From the human T2T-CHM13v2.0 reference genome, Homo sapiens, in the NCBI GenBank assembly GCA_009914755.4, contig CP068257.2:34592001-34656000 (forward strand): DNA of 64,000 bases, in the 5' to 3' direction. How positions within the stretch are numbered: position 1 is the stretch's first letter; every line of letters starts with the position of its first letter. Both the position numbers and the translations under genes were made by a program. The notes beneath the pieces were generated by a model that was given only the letters and a program-made list of their open reading frames with translations, did not search any database and was not told the origin of the DNA. This document shows, piece by piece, positions 57,341 through 64,000 of this stretch.

Positions 57341-58060
57341 ACAACCATCTAAGACACGTATTACTTTGGAGAATCCAAGGAATTTAGGAGTTATAGCTGG
57401 GAAATGGGGAGAAAGGCCAAAAACATTTCCACAATATCACACCCGTCCACTCAGTGCTTTCATCAGTCCTTACGGGAACTCCTCTAAGCCCCTAATCCCT
57501 TTTCCTGACTTTCCTTGTGCCCTTCACACCCAGCCCTGCCTAAGTTAGCCAATTCGCCACTTCCCTCGAGCGCACCCTTCTCTCACCCAGCAGGCAGGTG
57601 TGCCCTGCTTCACACCTCAACACAACTGCTGAGCCTAGGAACCGTGTGGCACAGTTGAGGTCAGGATTATAAAATTCTCGGATGTCAAGGATTATAGCCA
57701 CTCGTAGCTGGTGACACTTGATGACACTGGCTGAGAAGCCTGCTTCGAGTTTCTGTCTCTCCAGCTACTAACCAGATTCTTTACTGATCATACTCCTGAG
57801 AGTGGATGACTCCTCACTTCACCCCACTGAGTCAGTTTAACTTACTGACCTTTATTTCTTGTATATTATTGAAAGATGCATTTCTAGGAAGAACCCGTGG
57901 TCCTAGAGAAACCAGAAAGCCAATCCACTGAATACAATTTATGGTTTTTTCATCAGCGTGCTGCGATGACTTGTGTTCTCTGTATATTTTACCTACATTG
58001 GCCAGTATAGTAGCCGTTAGCCACAGGTGGCTGTTGAGCACTTGAAGTGTGGCTAGTCTG

Positions 58061-58204
58061 CAGCCTGGGCAACATAGGGAGACCCCATCTCTACAAGAAA
58101 TTTAAAAATTATCCAGATGTGGTGGCATGCACCTGTAGTCCCAGCTACCTGGGAGCCTAAGGATGGCTTGAGCCCAGGAGCAGGAGGTCGAGGCTGCAGT
58201 GAGA
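58061..58204 (+). mobile_element. Alu, sense, 5'-truncated; first part of an Alu interrupted by a nested insertion (continues at 59553-59625)
   Basis: CCTGGGCAACATAGGGAGACCCCATCTCTACAAG…GGTCGAGGCTGCAGTGAG then resumes with TGCAGTGAGTCTTGATTGCACCACTACACTCCAGCCTGGTTGACAGAGCAAGACCCTGTCC. Confidence 0.8.
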
Positions 58205-58245
58205 CTTTTTTTTTTTTTTTTTTTTTTTGAGATGGAGTCTTGCTC

Positions 58246-58249
<4 letters not shown>
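58205..58249 (-). mobile_element. Alu, antisense, tail-side fragment (rest at 59293-59552), split by an LTR insertion
   Basis: poly-T then GAGATGGAGTCTTGCTCTG; target-site duplication TGCAGTGAG flanks the whole antisense Alu at 58196-58204 and 59553-59561. Confidence 0.8.
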
Positions 58250-59625
<1,376 letters not shown>

Positions 59626-59728
59626 CTAAAAAGAAAAATGTGGTAGTCTGAATTGAATGCACTGTAAGTGCAAAACACACATTGGATTTCAGACTTAGGG
59701 CACACACAAAAGAGAATGCAAAATCTGA

Positions 59729-60038
<310 letters not shown>

Positions 60039-60111
60039 GTATTAATAATTTTTATATTGAGTGCATGTTGATAATATTTTGTATATATTGGGTTAAATAA
60101 AATACATTATT

Positions 60112-60413
60112 AATTTTTTTTTTGAAACGAAGTCTCACTCTGTCATCCAGACTGGAGTGCAGTGGCATGATCTCAGCTCACTGCAGCTTCCACTTCCTGG
60201 GATCAAGCGATTCTCTTGCCTAAGCCTCCCGAGTACTGGGACTACAGGCATGTGCCATCATGCCCAGCTAATTTTTGTATTTTTTTTAGTAGAGACAGGG
60301 TTTCACCATGTTGGCCAGGATGGTCTCAAACTCCTGACCTCAAGTGATCCCCCTGCCTCAGCCTCAGCCTCCCAAAGTGCTGGGATTACAGGCATGAGCC
60401 ACTGCACCCAGCC
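60112..60413 (-). mobile_element. Alu SINE, antisense; ends about 185 nt upstream of exon 23
   Basis: Alu consensus match, antisense. Confidence 0.9.
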
Positions 60414-60597
60414 TATATTATTAATTTAACTTTAACTGTTTATTTTTACCTTCAATGTGGCTCCTAGAAAGCTTAATGGTACGTATATGCTCACAGCTGT
60501 GGCCTGCATTTTATTTCTACTGGACAGTGCTGTTTTAGGCACTTAACATTCTTTTCCTTAATTAACTTCCTTTCCCCCTCCTCCTGATAATTCTCAG

Positions 60598-60743
60598 GAA
60601 ATCACTCAGAAAATCCTAGAAGCTGTGGGGAACATTGCCGGCTCTTCCTTGGAGCAAACCAGCTGGCTAAGCAGAAACCTGGAAGTGAAGGCCCAACCTC
60701 AGGCCTCTCTAGAAGAATCTGATGCTGAGGAGGACCTGTATGG
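60598..60743 (+). CDS. DOP1B: coding exon 23; encodes [48 protein letters not shown](G)
   Basis: acceptor ctcctcctgataattctcag|GAAATC; donor CTGTATG|gtaggt; phase 0 in and 1 out (the gene continues beyond the window). Confidence 0.8.
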
Positions 60744-60856
60744 TAGGTGGAGATGGGTTGGCTGATAGTGCCTCTGGTCAGCGCGTGGTTCTGGCTTTTC
60801 CTTAAGAGAGATCTTGAGTGTTCTCACCACAAAAAGAAAGAAAGTACTTAAGGTAG

Positions 60857-61185
<329 letters not shown>

Positions 61186-61216
61186 TTAGTCAAACTTTAG
61201 AAAACATCACTTTGAG

Positions 61217-61530
61217 GCCAGGCATGGTGGCTCACGCCTGTAATCCCAGCAGTTTGGGAGGCCGAGGTGGGTGGATCACCTGAGGTCAGGAGTTCAAGAC
61301 CAGCCTGGCCAAGATGGTGAAACCCCATCTTAACTAAAAATACAAAAATTAGCCGCGCGTGGTAGTGGGCGCCTGTAATCCCAGCTACATGGGAGGCTGA
61401 GGCAGAGAATTGCTTGAACCTGGGAGGAGGAGGTTGCAGTGAGCCAAGATTGTACCACTGCACTCCAGCCTGGGCGACAGAGTGAGACTACACCTCAAAA
61501 AAAAAAAAAAAGAAAGAAAGAAAGTACATG
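61217..61530 (+). mobile_element. Alu SINE, sense
   Basis: Alu consensus match with A/(GAAA)n tail. Confidence 0.9.
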
Positions 61531-61636
61531 AGGTGATGCATGTCTTAACTTGTGTTTTTTCACAATGTATGCATATATCAGCAGGGATGGTGAAATATTG
61601 AAAAAAGAAAACATATATCAAAACATCATGTTATAA

Positions 61637-62279
<643 letters not shown>

Positions 62280-62421
62280 TGAGCCTCAGTGGGGCTCCAG
62301 AAAGTAACACCCCAAGACCATTTACCTGGACATGGTGATAGAAATCTGTGTGGGATAAAGATGATGAGAATGTGTGTGTTTCTTTTTGCAGAACTATGGA
62401 AAGAGAATTTAGCAAATCAAG

Positions 62422-62495
62422 CTGGGAGGGTTGGCTCATGCCTGTAATCCCAGCACTTTGGGAGGCTGAGGTGGGCGGGTCGCCTGAGGTGATTA
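62422..62495 (+). mobile_element. Alu fragment (left arm), sense
   Basis: GGAGGGTTGGCTCATGCCTGTAATCCCAGCACTTTGGGAGGCTGAGGTGGGCGGGTCGCCTGAGGTG. Confidence 0.75.
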
Positions 62496-62775
62496 CAAAT
62501 GATCCTTTTTTTTTTTTTTTCAGGATTAAGCATATCTTGGGGCAAGTGATTTTCTTTGCTACTGTCAGTGTCATTTAACACAGGGAAGGACAGTATGCCC
62601 AGTGCCAGTAGAGCTTAATACAACGTGAGAAAGGATGTTTGGTCCCAGTTTTATTTAATACAGGAACAAGAAACTACATTTCAGTTTTCAGTGTAAACTA
62701 TCACAGTACCTGCCACAGAGTAATGTTCAAATATTGTTATCTTTCATTATTACTTCTACGAAAATTGTTAGCAGG

Positions 62776-63575
<800 letters not shown>

Positions 63576-63589
63576 ACCCCATCTCTACA

Positions 63590-63999
<410 letters not shown>

Positions 64000-64000
64000 G

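Overview
This window is human (primate) genomic DNA, not a prokaryotic locus. It contains no CRISPR array, defence island, operon or other bacterial-style system. It is an Alu-saturated intragenic stretch of one large protein-coding gene on the + strand.

Coding content: I can chain 23 exons between 2437 and 60743. Each has an AG acceptor and a GT donor, and the codon phase stays consistent across all 23. Together they hold about 5.0 kb of coding sequence, roughly 1,675 codons, including one 1.63-kb internal exon at 35637-37267. The conceptual protein reads, in part, ...[33 protein letters not shown] / [42 protein letters not shown] / [36 protein letters not shown] ... [22 protein letters not shown].... 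I tentatively recognise this as a Dopey-family (DOP1) protein, most likely DOP1B/DOPEY2. The family call is moderately secure. The choice of paralog rests only on genomic context (Alu density) and needs a database search to confirm.

Repeats make up the rest of the window, and all repeat percentages below are estimates by eye:
- About 89 Alu or FLAM segments in both orientations, roughly 35-40% of the window.
- Three older L1 3'-end fragments.
- Two copies of a MaLR-type (MLT1-like) LTR, one split by an Alu.
- A roughly 1-kb primate ERV solo LTR inserted into an Alu that had itself inserted into another Alu.
- Several microsatellites, including a compound (GATA)n/(TAGG)n tract of about 500 bp and a GGAA/GAAAG purine tract of about 125 bp.

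The points most worth a second look are structural:
- Inverted and direct Alu pairs that tightly flank individual exons, giving circRNA, exon-skipping or NAHR potential.
- A near-perfect Alu inverted repeat just upstream of one exon.
- The triple-nested transposon insertion.
- The CpG-rich giant exon.
- A few exon-boundary ambiguities: an AAG acceptor, an alternative donor and two micro-exons.

All coordinates were counted by eye and may be off by 1-3 nt.
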